The notes: a model not told the origin generated them from the letters alone. A stretch of 64,000 nt of DNA from Candidatus Bathyarchaeota archaeon (GCA_963714275.1 CAVQNT010000005.1:32001-96000); one strand, 5' to 3'. Counted from the stretch's first letter, positions 11,086 through 22,473 are shown. Numbers and translations: made by a program.

Positions 11086-12222
11086 TTGTCTTTTCAACCT
11101 TTCACGGTTAAGTATGTTATCCGTGCAAAATTCAACGTTGAAGGAGTCGTCGAAAAACCCGACGTAATAGGAGCAGTTTTCGGGCAAACAGAAGGACTGT
11201 TCGGAACAGAACTTGACCTAAGGGAACTGCAAAAATCAGGAAGAATCGGAAGAATCGAAATCGACCTTAGATCAGAAAAGGATAAAACAGACGGCTCAAT
11301 CAACATCCCAACAAGCCTAGACAGAGTCTCCACTGCCATAATAGCAGCAAGCATAGAAAGCATAGACAGAATAGGTCCGTGCCAAGCAATCGTAAACTTG
11401 GTCAAAATTGATGATGTTAGGGAAACAAAAAGGAAAGCCATCATCGAAAGAGCCAAAGAAATCCTACACAACTGGAACCTCGAAAAACGACCAGAAACCG
11501 AAGAAATATTCCGAGAAGTCTCCGAAATCCTGAAAACCACAAAAGTCGAAACTTACGGTCCAGACAAATTGCCAGCTGGACCAGAAGTCAACTCTTCAAA
11601 AGAAATAATCATTGTAGAAGGAAGAGCTGACGTAATAGTTTTGATGAAACTGGGAATCCAAAACGTCATCGCATTAGAGGGAGTAAAAATCCCAGAAACA
11701 ATCATAAGGCTGACAAGAGAAAAAGAAGCCACAGCATTCCTAGACGGCGACCACGGAGGAGACCTGATTCTTAAAGAACTCCTGCAAGTAGCCAGCATAA
11801 AGTACGTTGCGAGGGCACCAAGCGGCAAAGAAGTCGAGGACCTAACAGCAAAAGAAATCGAAAATGCCCTTCAAAAGAAGATACCGATCGAAGAAGCGAA
11901 GGAGAAAAAGAAGAAAAGAAAAAAGGTCCTTGTACCCAAAGAAATCGTAGATGCAGCCAGTAAACTCAAGGGAACACTTGAAGCCATTCTCCTCAACGAG
12001 CAAATGAAAGAAGTAGGTCGAATGCCAGTCAGCGAACTTGCGGATAAAATCCGAGAAGCAGAAAACGTGAACACCGTTGTCTTCGACGGCGTCACCACAC
12101 AGAGACTCATAGACGTCGCAAGCGAAAAAAACATCAAGTTCCTAGTTGCAGCCCGAATATCCGAGGTCGTGAAACAGCCATTAAACGTGAACCTGCTGAC
12201 CTTCGAGGAAGTGTTGGAGTAG
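11086..12222 (+). CDS. dnaG: Archaeal DnaG (primase-like, exosome-associated)
   Basis: GVVEKPDVIGAVFGQTEGL, IIVEGRADV and FLDGDHGG motifs. Confidence 0.95.
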   Translation: MSFQPFTVKYVIRAKFNVEGVVEKPDVIGAVFGQTEGLFGTELDLRELQKSGRIGRIEIDLRSEKDKTDGSINIPTSLDRVSTAIIAASIESIDRIGPCQAIVNLVKIDDVRETKRKAIIERAKEILHNWNLEKRPETEEIFREVSEILKTTKVETYGPDKLPAGPEVNSSKEIIIVEGRADVIVLMKLGIQNVIALEGVKIPETIIRLTREKEATAFLDGDHGGDLILKELLQVASIKYVARAPSGKEVEDLTAKEIENALQKKIPIEEAKEKKKKRKKVLVPKEIVDAASKLKGTLEAILLNEQMKEVGRMPVSELADKIREAENVNTVVFDGVTTQRLIDVASEKNIKFLVAARISEVVKQPLNVNLLTFEEVLE

Positions 12223-12228
12223 CCAAAT

Positions 12229-12540
12229 CTACGCTAGGAAGTCAGTGAGAGTCTTAGGCTGCTTGGGCGACTCCGCTTCAAGGAGTACCTATTCATCTAC
12301 GTTAAACATCGATAGAATCCTTAAAGCAGCTGGAACAACCTGGTTTGAAATATAGTATTCTTTGTCCACCTCATCGTACGAAGCGAAAACGTAAGGCTTA
12401 ACCCTTTCGTAAAGTTCCCCCATTCCACGAGTGACGACGTACCCAACCTTATCACCGACCGCAAGGTCCCAACCTGAGTTAATCAGCATTTTCGCTGCCT
12501 GCACATGAGGTGCGTTCACTTCGTACTGTTCTAGCTCACT
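12229..12540 (-). pseudogene. polB: 3' remnant of a family B DNA polymerase gene (thumb plus PIP box)
   Basis: YEVNAPHVQAAK..GDKVGYVV..DKEYYISNQVVPAALRIL, then in-frame TAG (12289-12291), then VLLEAESPKQPKTLTDFLA*. No upstream polymerase domains. Confidence 0.8.
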
Positions 12541-12648
12541 ATTTAATATCATTGTTATTAAAAATGAATCTTTTCATCGAGTATTATGAGTAATTTAATA
12601 TTTATTAGAAGCGAAGTTCAGAAAGCTTATAAAACAATGTAAGAATTT

Positions 12649-15600
12649 ATGCTAAAGGGTTCAATAATGACAGTCCAAACGAAATGCCTCGTTGCCTTTG
12701 TTCTTTTATTCGCCTTAATCAACCTTCACATCGGTCCAGCTTCAGCGCAGGACACACCCCTCGTTTACGGTAAAGTTGTTGACGTCAAAACTGGACTGTC
12801 AATTTCTGACGCACATGTCGTTTTTTGGGACGCGGAGAAACTTGAGCCACCGACACTAGGCAATGGACACTACTTGACGGACGAAAACGGTAAGTACAGC
12901 ATCCCCGCTGGTTACTTGAGAGTTGGAAAAACCTATTACGTGTATGCTTTTCAAGGCGACTTCGAAGCTAAAAATGTCGAATATGTTCCCTCAAACAGGA
13001 GAACAATCCGTCTCGATACAAGCGAACCGCGGAACGTTTCGTTCTCGCTCTTCCCTGGTGCGATGGTTGAATGGGAAGGCACCGCTTATCTCGTTCAAGC
13101 CTTAAGCCCTGAGGACCGCGCCATAAAGATGACGGCGTTGTCTAATGTTACTGTTGAAGCCTCTTCGATGAGCGAATATGGAGATTCCGCTGAAATATAT
13201 TATATCAACCTAAGTCACAGAATAGCCATAATTCCTGCTGACACATCTGTTGTTTTGGAAGCAGAAATATGGTATTATTCAAGCGATCCGACTAGATTAT
13301 TTCCAGTTGACATGGAAGTTTTCCGTATTTATAATGGTTCGTTGCCCTTCTTTCTGCATCAGGGTGAACTGTTCTCTTTCAGAGTTCCGACATATAGTCT
13401 CAGAAGAGGCGTTGAATACGCTGAGAACAGGTATGTTGACATTACGTCTCAAGTGGATAGAGCGCAAAGCATCGGATTCGTCTTGTTTGGCGAAAGGCGT
13501 TCAATAAATCAAGCGCACCAATTAATCATAGAGGCTAGCGCCAGTCTGTCAACTGCCCGTACTGACATTGAATTTCAAACTGTTTGGCGAGACATACGTT
13601 CAGCGTTAACCACATTTAACGAAGTTTCCAATAAGCTTGCGATTGACCGTCAGATTGGTGAAGTAGGTGCTGCTTACTTGTCCGCTATTATGGCGGCTTT
13701 CAGCGCGGTGCTGGCTTTCTTTTTGTTTGAGGACAACCGAAAGAAATTTTACTCGAACATATTAATTTATGCAGCCTTTCTAATCATCCTATACTTCATT
13801 TACCCAGGTGCACACATAATTATTGACGAAAACTTCTTCCTTTTTCTTCCATCTGTTTTCCTTTCGTTTTTTGGAATAATGGCGATCGTCTTCGGAATTC
13901 CACGGATTTGGAGAGAAAGGATAATTGAGGGCGAAGTGTCTTGGAGGAGCGCGATCACCGTAATTTTCTCGATGGGGAAACGGGAAATAAAGCGTAGAAA
14001 GATACGGGGATTCTTCACCTTATTATCGATTGTTATACTTGTCTTAGCCTTCGTTTCCTTAACGTCATTCGGTTCGGCTTATGGTATGGTAGCTGATAGA
14101 CTAACTGCGACTGCACCCTCAGACGGCGTCATGGTAAAAAGAATGGTGAATGTAACATCTCCTCTTTCTAGTCCGCTAGGATTTTTTGATCCTACAGCGC
14201 TTGCTCAATGGGCAAGCATAAGTAATGTTGCGGAAAGACTCAAGAATCCTCCTGACGCTAACCCCGTTGTTAGGTTGGTTAATCCTAGAACTGGAACAGA
14301 CTGGGTAATTTACGGAGTAATGGGCGTAACGCCGTCAACCGAAAATATGTATACTGGTCTGAATCAGACAGTGGAAGCTGGCGGAAGATACCTCAGCAGC
14401 AACGTCTTGGACGAAGTTTTGTTAACGACTAGTGAAGCAACTCAGACTAGGCGTGGAACTTGGGCAGAATCTGACCCTTGATGTTTTGGGCACTGGAATT
14501 TCGAGGCAAGTCACGGTTGTTGGATTCGTCAACGATAATCAATACACAAATCTAATCGACATGGACGGCAATAACTTTGGTCCTCTTCGCATTGAAAGCG
14601 GGCAAGTAAGAAGATGCAATAACACCGAAGTAATTTTTTTGAACACTGTGACAGCCAAAAACATTCAAAGTCTGATTGATGCCAAGTATGGGTCAAGCGC
14701 GAAGCAGTTTGTTGTCCTCTCTGACTTTGTGTTCCGGCCCTCAGGCGGGATGAACACGGGAATAATTATTCCCCTTGCACGAAACCTCATTTACTGGTTC
14801 GCCTACGATGTTCTGGCTTCGACTAACGGAGTTATAACCTACTATCACATTGGTTCCTATTTTGAACTCAAAGGGGCAGCGGAACTCCTGATTCCGTTGA
14901 TTATGGTTGGCTTGAATGTCGGTATGGTGATGATGAACGCGGTTTATGAAAGAAGAAAGGAAATTCGCATCCTCTCCATGCTTGGGCTAAACCCAACCCA
15001 CATTGGGCTAATGTTCGTCGCCGAAGCCGTCATACTCGGCATGGTCGGAGGCAGCCTAGGCTACCTCATTGGACTCGGATTCTCAAGAACCATGGTGCTT
15101 TTCGGTCAAGAACTCATGGTCAGAGAGAAGCTAGAGTGGTGGTGGAGCGCAGCTGGCTTCGCGCTGGCAATGACAGCCTCAGTCGTGTCGTCCATTAGAC
15201 CCGCAGCGTTAGCAGTCAGCACATACACCCCGTCCATGGTTAAGAAAGTCAAAAGAACAGAAAAACAAACCAAGGTTCGTAGAGAAGAAATCTTCAAAGT
15301 TTACCAAGGAAGACAGCTGAGCATGCCCGTGAAGGTTCTTACAAGCGAAAAAGAGTTCTTCATCAGCTTCTTCCTTGACAGACTATACGAGCTTAAAGAT
15401 GGGTTTGTTGAACGCGTCGAAAACGTGGTGCAAGTCCCAGAAACTGAGGACGTCAAGGGAGAACTTGTGCTGGCAATAAACTTTGACTATGCCTTCGGAG
15501 CCACAGGAAGAGAGCGGGGAACCAAAAACAGTCTTGTCATGACGAAAAGCCCGAACGAAGACTATTACCGCGTCAGACTGGTTTCTGAGCCAGCAGTCAT

Positions 15601-15700
15601 GGGGTTACCCGAAACCGTGATCGAAAGAACAATCGATCTCATCCACGAAACCTGCCTGCTGTGGACAAAAGACAAAGGAAAATATTTAGGCACCGTTTAA
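12649..15700 (+). CDS. Large FtsX/MacB-like permease family membrane protein with N-terminal carboxypeptidase-regulatory-like domain; one frameshift (~14446)
   Basis: Signal peptide, VYGKVVD..TG, several TM segments, AVYERRKEIRILSMLGLNP FtsX motif. Confidence 0.8.
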
Positions 15701-15839
15701 TCCTATGGCATCTAGGATTTTTTAGTGAGTGTTAAGAGACAATCCTTTTTCTTGACATAAGGGATTGTGAGCTTATCGTATCAATTGCTGTTTGAACATG
15801 TACAAATGTAATTTATTCCATATTTTAAAAGTACACGGT

Positions 15840-17066
15840 TCACAGACGGTCAAGTAAACCAATCAGCTCGATCATGGCTCTGCCCGTGTGATAAGCTGCC
15901 TTCCAAGTGTGCGCCTTGTCGCCGACAAGTTTACCGTCGGGAAGGACAGTGTCGAACCATTCGCCGTTTTTCCAGTCTACTTGGTGTTTTTCGGTCCAGT
16001 CAAGAACTTTATCGAAATGTTCGAGGTAAACTGAGTCCTTAAACAAATTGTACATGTGAACCATCGTGACCAAAGCTTCAGCTTGTACCCACCAAATTTT
16101 GCCTAATCGGTCAGCGGGCTTGTTGAATGGTCCATTGTCGTAGATTCCGCCTTTTTCTGCGTCAGACCCAAACTCCATGCAGTAGTCATACACGGTTCGG
16201 AAAAAGGTGGTTAACACGCTTACGGGCATCTGCACCGCCTTACAGGCTTCTTCTATGAGCCATATGGCTTCGATGTTGTGTCCATAAGAGATTCTGTCCA
16301 CCTGAGGACCTTGCATGGGGCTCCAGTCGAGTTTGTGAAGGTCAGTACAGGCGCCAACCTTCATCCGTACCACAGTATTGCTTAGGATAAGGATTAGCTC
16401 AGTTAGCCGCTGTTTAACGAGAGGGTCTTTTGTAGCCATGTAAAGCACAGTGAATGCTTCAAGCAGGTGAAGATGAGTGTTCATTGTCTTAAAATCCATG
16501 CCGGGAGCCAAAGCCGTCTGCATGTCCATTTTAAGTAACGACCAGTCGGGGCTGAACAACTCACGGTACCCACCATATGTTGCGTCATACGCATGTTTTT
16601 CAATAAGGTTGAACAATTGTTTGGCGTTGTCAAGCGCTTCAACATTTCCGCTGGCAATTGCGTATTCAGAAATGGCGTAAAGCGCGAATGTTTGACCGTA
16701 CAGGTGTTTGAATTGTCTCTGGATGTGACCTTGCGGGTCCATTTCCCAGAAGAAGCCACCATACTTTTGATCCCACATTTTGTCACGCAGAAACCTGAAT
16801 CCGTGCTCCGTAGCCTGCAAGGCTTCTTTGCCTGCCCAGCCAGCCTCGTGGAGCTTCGAGAAGTACCAGACCATCCGCGCCTGAGAGACTATCATTTTCG
16901 GTCCGTCCCCCTTTGGTTTGCCATTAACGTCGTGGTTCAGGCAGTAGCCGCCTTTCTCCTTGTCTATTGTCGCGGGATACCAGAACGGCATGATGTTTTT
17001 GGTAAGAATCTTCTCCAATCGGTTTCTTGTTGTTTTTATCCATTTGTTAGAAGGAATTTTTGCCAT
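15840..17066 (-). CDS. AGE family epimerase (cellobiose 2-epimerase/N-acylglucosamine 2-epimerase-like)
   Basis: QARMVW, KTMNTHLHLLEA, SYGHNIE, KIWWVQAE and WKAAYHTGR motifs. Confidence 0.9.
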   Translation of the reverse strand: MAKIPSNKWIKTTRNRLEKILTKNIMPFWYPATIDKEKGGYCLNHDVNGKPKGDGPKMIVSQARMVWYFSKLHEAGWAGKEALQATEHGFRFLRDKMWDQKYGGFFWEMDPQGHIQRQFKHLYGQTFALYAISEYAIASGNVEALDNAKQLFNLIEKHAYDATYGGYRELFSPDWSLLKMDMQTALAPGMDFKTMNTHLHLLEAFTVLYMATKDPLVKQRLTELILILSNTVVRMKVGACTDLHKLDWSPMQGPQVDRISYGHNIEAIWLIEEACKAVQMPVSVLTTFFRTVYDYCMEFGSDAEKGGIYDNGPFNKPADRLGKIWWVQAEALVTMVHMYNLFKDSVYLEHFDKVLDWTEKHQVDWKNGEWFDTVLPDGKLVGDKAHTWKAAYHTGRAMIELIGLLDRL

Positions 17067-17178
17067 CGGCTCATCAACCTCAAACAATCTTAACAAGTGT
17101 GTTCTTATTGAATATAAAACTTGATTGACGCTTGATATAAGATGCGTATGTTAAGAATCCATAGACTTGACATGGACG

Positions 17179-19018
17179 TTATTTTTGGTAAAGGTCTTTG
17201 GCAATGTGACCTAACCCGTATTTTTCAAGGGTCTCAGGGAGAGGTTTACCTGAGCCTGTCCCAGCCCATTCCTGTGTAGTAGGCGTCAAGCATTTTGTCC
17301 CAATCGTCTAGTAGGCTTTTGTCTTTGCTTGGACCCGAATAAGGGGTCGACCCGTATCTCGGTGATGGCTTATCCAAGTCTTTGCCTACTATGCCATGTT
17401 TGACATTGAAAGCCCTCAGGAGATGGACGATTCTTCGACCAGCAGTAAATGCTTCGTCATACGAGAAGTCCCATCCTGTTACTGCTGATAATGCTTGAGA
17501 CAGAAGCTCCACGTTTGTTCTCGAGTTGAAACGGCACACAACCAACGAGTCCTCAAAAATCATTCCTCCCTTGTCGTGAATGTTTGCTTCAGCAATGTCT
17601 TTCCAATATGGAGTGGACCTAATGGTGGGGGGACTCCCCAAGTTTCAAGCGTTCCCGTGTTCGAGATGACTGTGTCAAACATTTCAGTCCACCTGTTGCG
17701 GTGGTCGTGCCCTCGAGGCGAGTTTCCCTTCATTGTGTGAATAGCGAAGTTTGTTGCTTCGCCGCCTATTTTTTGGGCAGACCGCATCGCTCCTTCGCTT
17801 AGTGTCTCGCCTATTCCTTGCTTGTTTGCGATGAGGTTGAGAAGAAGCCTTGCTGCCTCAGCGTTTCCCCACGAGAGGTCAAGGTTGTTCAGTTGCTCCT
17901 TCGTGAGAATGCCTTTCTCGTAGCATTCCATGGTGAACCCGACGACCCATCCAGCCTCGTTTGTCTCTAAGCCTAATCGGTCGACCTCTTTACTGAGCAT
18001 CATCGCCGCATCAATGTCATCCTGCCCTATTTGTGACGACCAAGCTGCAAGCTGTTCATACTCGGGCTCTTCCAAAACCTCGCCAATGTACGGTCCTTCA
18101 GTAATCTTCATCATGTCGCAGTGATGAAGCTGGCAAGCCCAACAAGAGTTTCTGCCGATGGAGTATTGTCCCCTAATGTATTCGGCGCCAAACTTCTGCA
18201 ACTTGGTTTCACCAATTTTCCACATGCTTGTTGTGTAGTTTTTCACAGGTAGCACGCCAGTACCAACGTTTGGAGGAATGTTCCAGAGGGTCCCATAATT
18301 GTAAAGCATCTTGTTTTGTTCCTTAACGTTTTCAACCAGTTTCTTAGCGATCTCTCGAACCCTGTTGGGGTTCTTTATTGAGATTTTTTCTTTGTCCCTT
18401 CTGATGGCTATCGCCTTAAGGTTCTTTGACCCCATTACCGCTCCAGATCCATTATGAGAAGCTCGAGTGCCCGTAATCAAAAAATACGCCAGCAAACTTG
18501 ACAAGGTTCTCCCCAGCTGGACCGATTGAGGCAACAGCCATGTCCCGTTCTCTGCACCCGTGGGCATGTTTCACAAGGTCCGCGGTTTTGTAAGTGTCCA
18601 TTCCTTTGAGCCATTCAGCGTCTTTTAGATCCGCAGATTCAGAGTCTATGTAAAGATACTTGGGGCTCTCGACTTTTCCGTGGATTACTATGCCATTTAA
18701 TCCGCACAATCTAAGGTAAGCTCCGAAATACCCGTTTGCTTGGCTGCATCCAGCGCCGTTGGTGAGAGGACCTTTTGTTACGACCGAGACTGAGCCTGAA
18801 CCTCCAATCGGGGTAGCATTAAGTGGACCAGCAGCGATAATCAGTCGGTTCTCTGGATTAGACCATTCAATTTCCGCTGAGACTTCGTCGTAAAGAATCT
18901 TGGCTCCTAATCCTGTGTCTCCAATGAACTGTCTTAAAATTTTCTCAGGCAATTTTTGCCTTTCCACTTTGTTTTTACTTAGGTCAACTTTTAGGATGCT
19001 TCCCTCGTAGCCCGTCAT
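17179..19018 (-). CDS. Aldehyde:ferredoxin oxidoreductase family (tungsten enzyme); three apparent frameshifts
   Basis: MTGYEGSILKVDLS, SIGPAGENLV, GAVMGSKNLKAI, CWACQLHHC, EPEYE, C-terminal GWD..GKPLPETL. Confidence 0.9.
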
Positions 19019-19085
19019 TTCTTGAACACAAACCAAAAATGCTAACCGAAGCCATAAATAATTAACGTTTACCGAGGGATCATGT

Positions 19086-19301
19086 TTGAAGGTTAAACGG
19101 GAAGGCGCAAAAATCATTGTCACTTGGCAAAGAACAAAAACTGAAGACGCTGAAAAAGCAAAAGAACTTTTCACTAAGCTTACACGAGAAGGATGGCTTG
19201 CGTTCCTGTTTTTGGGCGATGAGAACCGTCAACAAAGAGTTCTTGAATTTAACCCAGAACACGGAAGGCTTCGGTTCATACCGCTTTCTGAAGGCGGTTA
19301 A
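19086..19301 (+). CDS. Small hypothetical protein (71 aa)
   Basis: ORF with GAGGG upstream, divergent from AOR, protein-like composition. Confidence 0.6.
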   Translation: MKVKREGAKIIVTWQRTKTEDAEKAKELFTKLTREGWLAFLFLGDENRQQRVLEFNPEHGRLRFIPLSEGG

Positions 19302-19414
19302 TTTTTGTGTAACAATATGTTTCGTTGAAGACTTCGAAACCAAATATTTATATGACAAGTCTGAAGGATATCGTTCGGGACAGAAACTAAAGCGTATGTT
19401 GGAAGGGTGATTGT

Positions 19415-20270
19415 ATGGTTATTGCAGTAATAGGTGCAGGTGTCATCGGTAGCGCTGTGGCAAAAGCCTTGGTTCAAAACGTTGTAGCAGACAAAATTGT
19501 CGCGACTGATAGTCGGGTAGAACAGCTTGTTGAGCTCAAAAAGGTCGGCGTCGAAACAATGACGGATAACAAAAAAGCCGCATCAACCGCAGACACAGTA
19601 ATACTTTGCGTGAAGCCAAAAGACGTTAAGGCTGTCCTCGCAGGAATTCGAAACGAAATCAAAGATAAACTTGTATTATCAATGGCTGCTGGCGTCAGCC
19701 TATTTTTGCTGGAGAAAGGTGCCCCGAAAGCGAGGTTCGTTAGAGTCATGCCTAACCTGGCAATCCTCGTGCGCGAATCTTTCATAGCTTACTGTGCAGG
19801 AACCAATGTTACTAGTAAAGACAAAGATGCAATAAAGAAAATTTTGGGCACGATGGGAACCTTTGTTGAAGTTGAAGAGGACAAAATGGACGCTATAACA
19901 GCTCTTAGCGGTTGCGCCCCCGCCGTTCTAGCAACATTAACAGAAGCAATAGTCGAGGGCGGAATTGAGGCTGGACTGCCCCCAGATTTGGCTTTAGCTG
20001 CTTCTGCTCAATCTATGGTTGGAACTGGCAAGCTGTTGCTCGAAGCGAAAAAGTCTCCAGTCTGAAATTACTAGAATGGTTGCTACGCCAGGCGGAGTGA
20101 CAGAGGAAGAGCTTATGGAGCTGGCAAAGTTTCCCTTACAGCAAGCTTTCATTTGTTCTTTACAGGCGGGGACTGAAAAATCCAAAAGAATAACTCAGAT
20201 TCTAGTCTGCGGAAGACCAGTGAAAAATGGGTTATTAATTGTCGACTTAAACTCTGTCGGTTTTCATTAG
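19415..20270 (+). CDS. proC: Pyrroline-5-carboxylate reductase; frameshift ~20061
   Basis: IGAGVIG Rossmann motif, VRVMPN, TALSGCAPA, VATPGGVT. Confidence 0.92.
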
Positions 20271-20798
20271 GTCCCGAAGTCTCTCGACGCCTTGAATCTG
20301 CTTTATGTATCCTGCCACGCTTTTAGGAAGAAGGGTCGTCCAGCTTTTGTCCTGAACCATTCTTTCCCTAATCTCGGTTGAGGAGCACTGTTCCCTTTTG
20401 AAGAACGGAATTGCTTTGACGTCGAAGTTCGATTCTATGAAGAGTCTCCGCGTCAAGGATTCATTTGAATAGACAACGTTGAATTTTGGTACCAGCGAAC
20501 AGACGTGGGAGACCCAGATTCCGTGAATTTCGAGGTCAGCAACAGGAATAATGTAGAATCTGGATGGGTCAACGCTTGCTTCGTCAAGCGCCATCCTTAT
20601 CATGGTGATTCTCTCGCCTGCCGTGAAAGGGTTCCTCAACGTGTGGCTTTCAAGGGCGCTTCCAACCATGATGATGATTTCGGATGAGTTTTCAAGGATA
20701 TGTTGAACAGCTTCTAGGTGCCCGAGGTGAAAGGGTTGAAACCGACCCGGATACAAAGCTCTTTCAAACTCTTTTTTCGTGTAAGGAGAACTGCTCAT
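20247..20798 (-). CDS. nadM: Nicotinamide-nucleotide adenylyltransferase
   Basis: GRFQPFHLGH, NPFTAGER and SSTEIR motifs. Confidence 0.93.
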   Translation of the reverse strand: MSSSPYTKKEFERALYPGRFQPFHLGHLEAVQHILENSSEIIIMVGSALESHTLRNPFTAGERITMIRMALDEASVDPSRFYIIPVADLEIHGIWVSHVCSLVPKFNVVYSNESLTRRLFIESNFDVKAIPFFKREQCSSTEIRERMVQDKSWTTLLPKSVAGYIKQIQGVERLRDLMKTDRV

Positions 20799-21063
20799 TC
20801 CATCGCCACCATTACCCAGAGATTAATCGACAGAGAATGTTATGTTCGAGATTTATTACTTTTGCCAGAAAATTCGGTCAGACCGCAAATCCGCAGCTTT
20901 TCCACTGATTCTTATTATATAGGAAAATTCTGCGTAGTCACGGAAATTGAAAAATCGATGATAAATTGATGAAATACTATATTATAAAAATTCTACCTCA
21001 CTGAACAGACTCTTACCTATGTTTGCGCCATAAAACAAACCTAAGCTTTTCTGCATCGACAGT

Positions 21064-21107
21064 TATTGTCACACAAACGGAAAAACCTATTGTCACACAA
21101 AACAGAC
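21064..21107. repeat. Tandem TATTGTCACACAAA direct repeat, shared with 44071-44114
   Basis: TATTGTCACACAAACGGAAAA-N3-TATTGTCACACAAAACAGAC; the first 21 bp recur identically at 44071. Confidence 0.75.
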
Positions 21108-21282
21108 AGGCCTAAGACGGCATTGTTTGTTGTTCAAAAAAGCAGATTCAGTTGTTGTTCAAAAACCTGATGGATGTCAATATAAAGATAATAAAATATT
21201 AATAATAAAATTTAAACCTCAAACCCAAACTAACTCTCTTTCAATCTCTCTTTAAAAAAAGAAACATCGGCTTAGAAGAATT

Positions 21283-21402
21283 TTATTTTTTATCTGGTAG
21301 AATTACGACTTTGCCTTGTTTGCACTTCTTGATATATTCCGCAATATGTTTCTCGGCTTTTCCACGTTGCCTTCGCCTTGCGAATCCTTCTCCTTCTGTC
21401 AT
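21283..21402 (-). CDS. Putative small basic protein (39 aa), below the ORF-track cutoff
   Basis: MTEGEGFARRRQRGKAEKHIAEYIKKCKQGKVVILPDKK*, with purine-rich GCGAAGGAA just upstream. Confidence 0.5.
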   Translation of the reverse strand: MTEGEGFARRRQRGKAEKHIAEYIKKCKQGKVVILPDKK

Positions 21403-21683
21403 TTCCTTCGCCTTAAAGTTTTCATCGGGGATGAGAATGAGAAATTAACTACATATGAGGATAAAACTTTTTTGCCAAATCTGATTTTTCTTCCATCCCA
21501 TTACATAATAATTTTCCCATTATATGGTTTTTTCCAATAAGACATTGCTTCATAAAAAAAGATGAATGTAGCAGGAAGAAGTCCGTTAAACCTTATTATT
21601 AATAATAATAGGATTTTGTGAATGCAGCTTTTGTTGGCGAAAATGTTTTAACTTTGGCGAAAAGACTACTTTCGGTTCTGACG

Positions 21684-22377
21684 ATGAGGGTCTCATCAAA
21701 AAAAATTGCGCTCGTAAGCGTCTTCGCAGCCTTGCACGCCGTGTTGTACCTGCCATCTTTTGAGCTTTGGCGAAGCTGGAGCATCTACTTAGAACCCGTT
21801 GAAGGAATAATCCTGGGTCCGTGGGTAGGATTCGCCTCCGCCTTTGTGGGAAGCATGGTTGCTAGGGCAGTTAAACCTTCAGAATTGTGGTTGTTCGGCG
21901 TAATCGCTGAACCCTTAGGCGTAATGGCGTGCGGGTTCATTGCGAAGAAACAGTGGAAGCCTCTGCTGGCGATTTACGTTTTCATGTTGGGAGCATACTT
22001 CGCGCATCCTTTTGGGAGGAGGTTTCCACTCTGGACCATTCTGGACATCCTAGGCTGCGTTGGTGCTTATTTTCCCAGTGACGATGATGAGTAAAAGGTT
22101 ATTCGAAGAAAACAACCGTTTCCTTCCCTTCACCTTTCCCCTTGTCGCCTTTATTGGAACGGTGACGGACGCTTTAACAAGAATTTTTTTGTTGGTACCT
22201 GTCGGTTTGTATACTGTTTTCGGTTGGCCAGCGGAAACGGTCTATTCCATGTTCATTTTAGGAGCAGCCGACTCATACATCGAAGATATCCTGGTCATAA
22301 CAGTCTCGTTCATAATTGGTGCACCCTTGATTGCGGCTCTAAAAAAAGTACTTGCGTTAAAACAGCCTTTGAGCTAA
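21684..22377 (+). CDS. Membrane protein, ECF transporter S-component-like; frameshift ~22054
   Basis: About 6 TM segments, IALVSVFAAL..., GIILGPWVG pattern typical of S components. Confidence 0.65.
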
Positions 22378-22465
22378 AGAATAAAGAATCTGTAGAAGCC
22401 TAAAATCGAATCCACCTCTTAAACAGCTGATTTTAGATAAAGCGGTCTTAGTAAAACAGAGTTTC

Positions 22466-22473
22466 TTTAAATA
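22466..22473 (+). promoter_or_regulatory. Candidate TATA box of the ribosomal protein operon
   Basis: TTTAAATA about 60 nt upstream of the uL22 start. Confidence 0.4.

Noticed and set aside
12289-12291. Pyrrolysine or amber recoding at the in-frame TAG of the polB fragment
   Set aside because: TAG is a normal stop in many genes here, there are no pyl genes in the window, and the gene is truncated anyway
21064-21166. CRISPR array
   Set aside because: Only two short units with ~10-nt gaps, no spacer-length unique sequences and no cas genes
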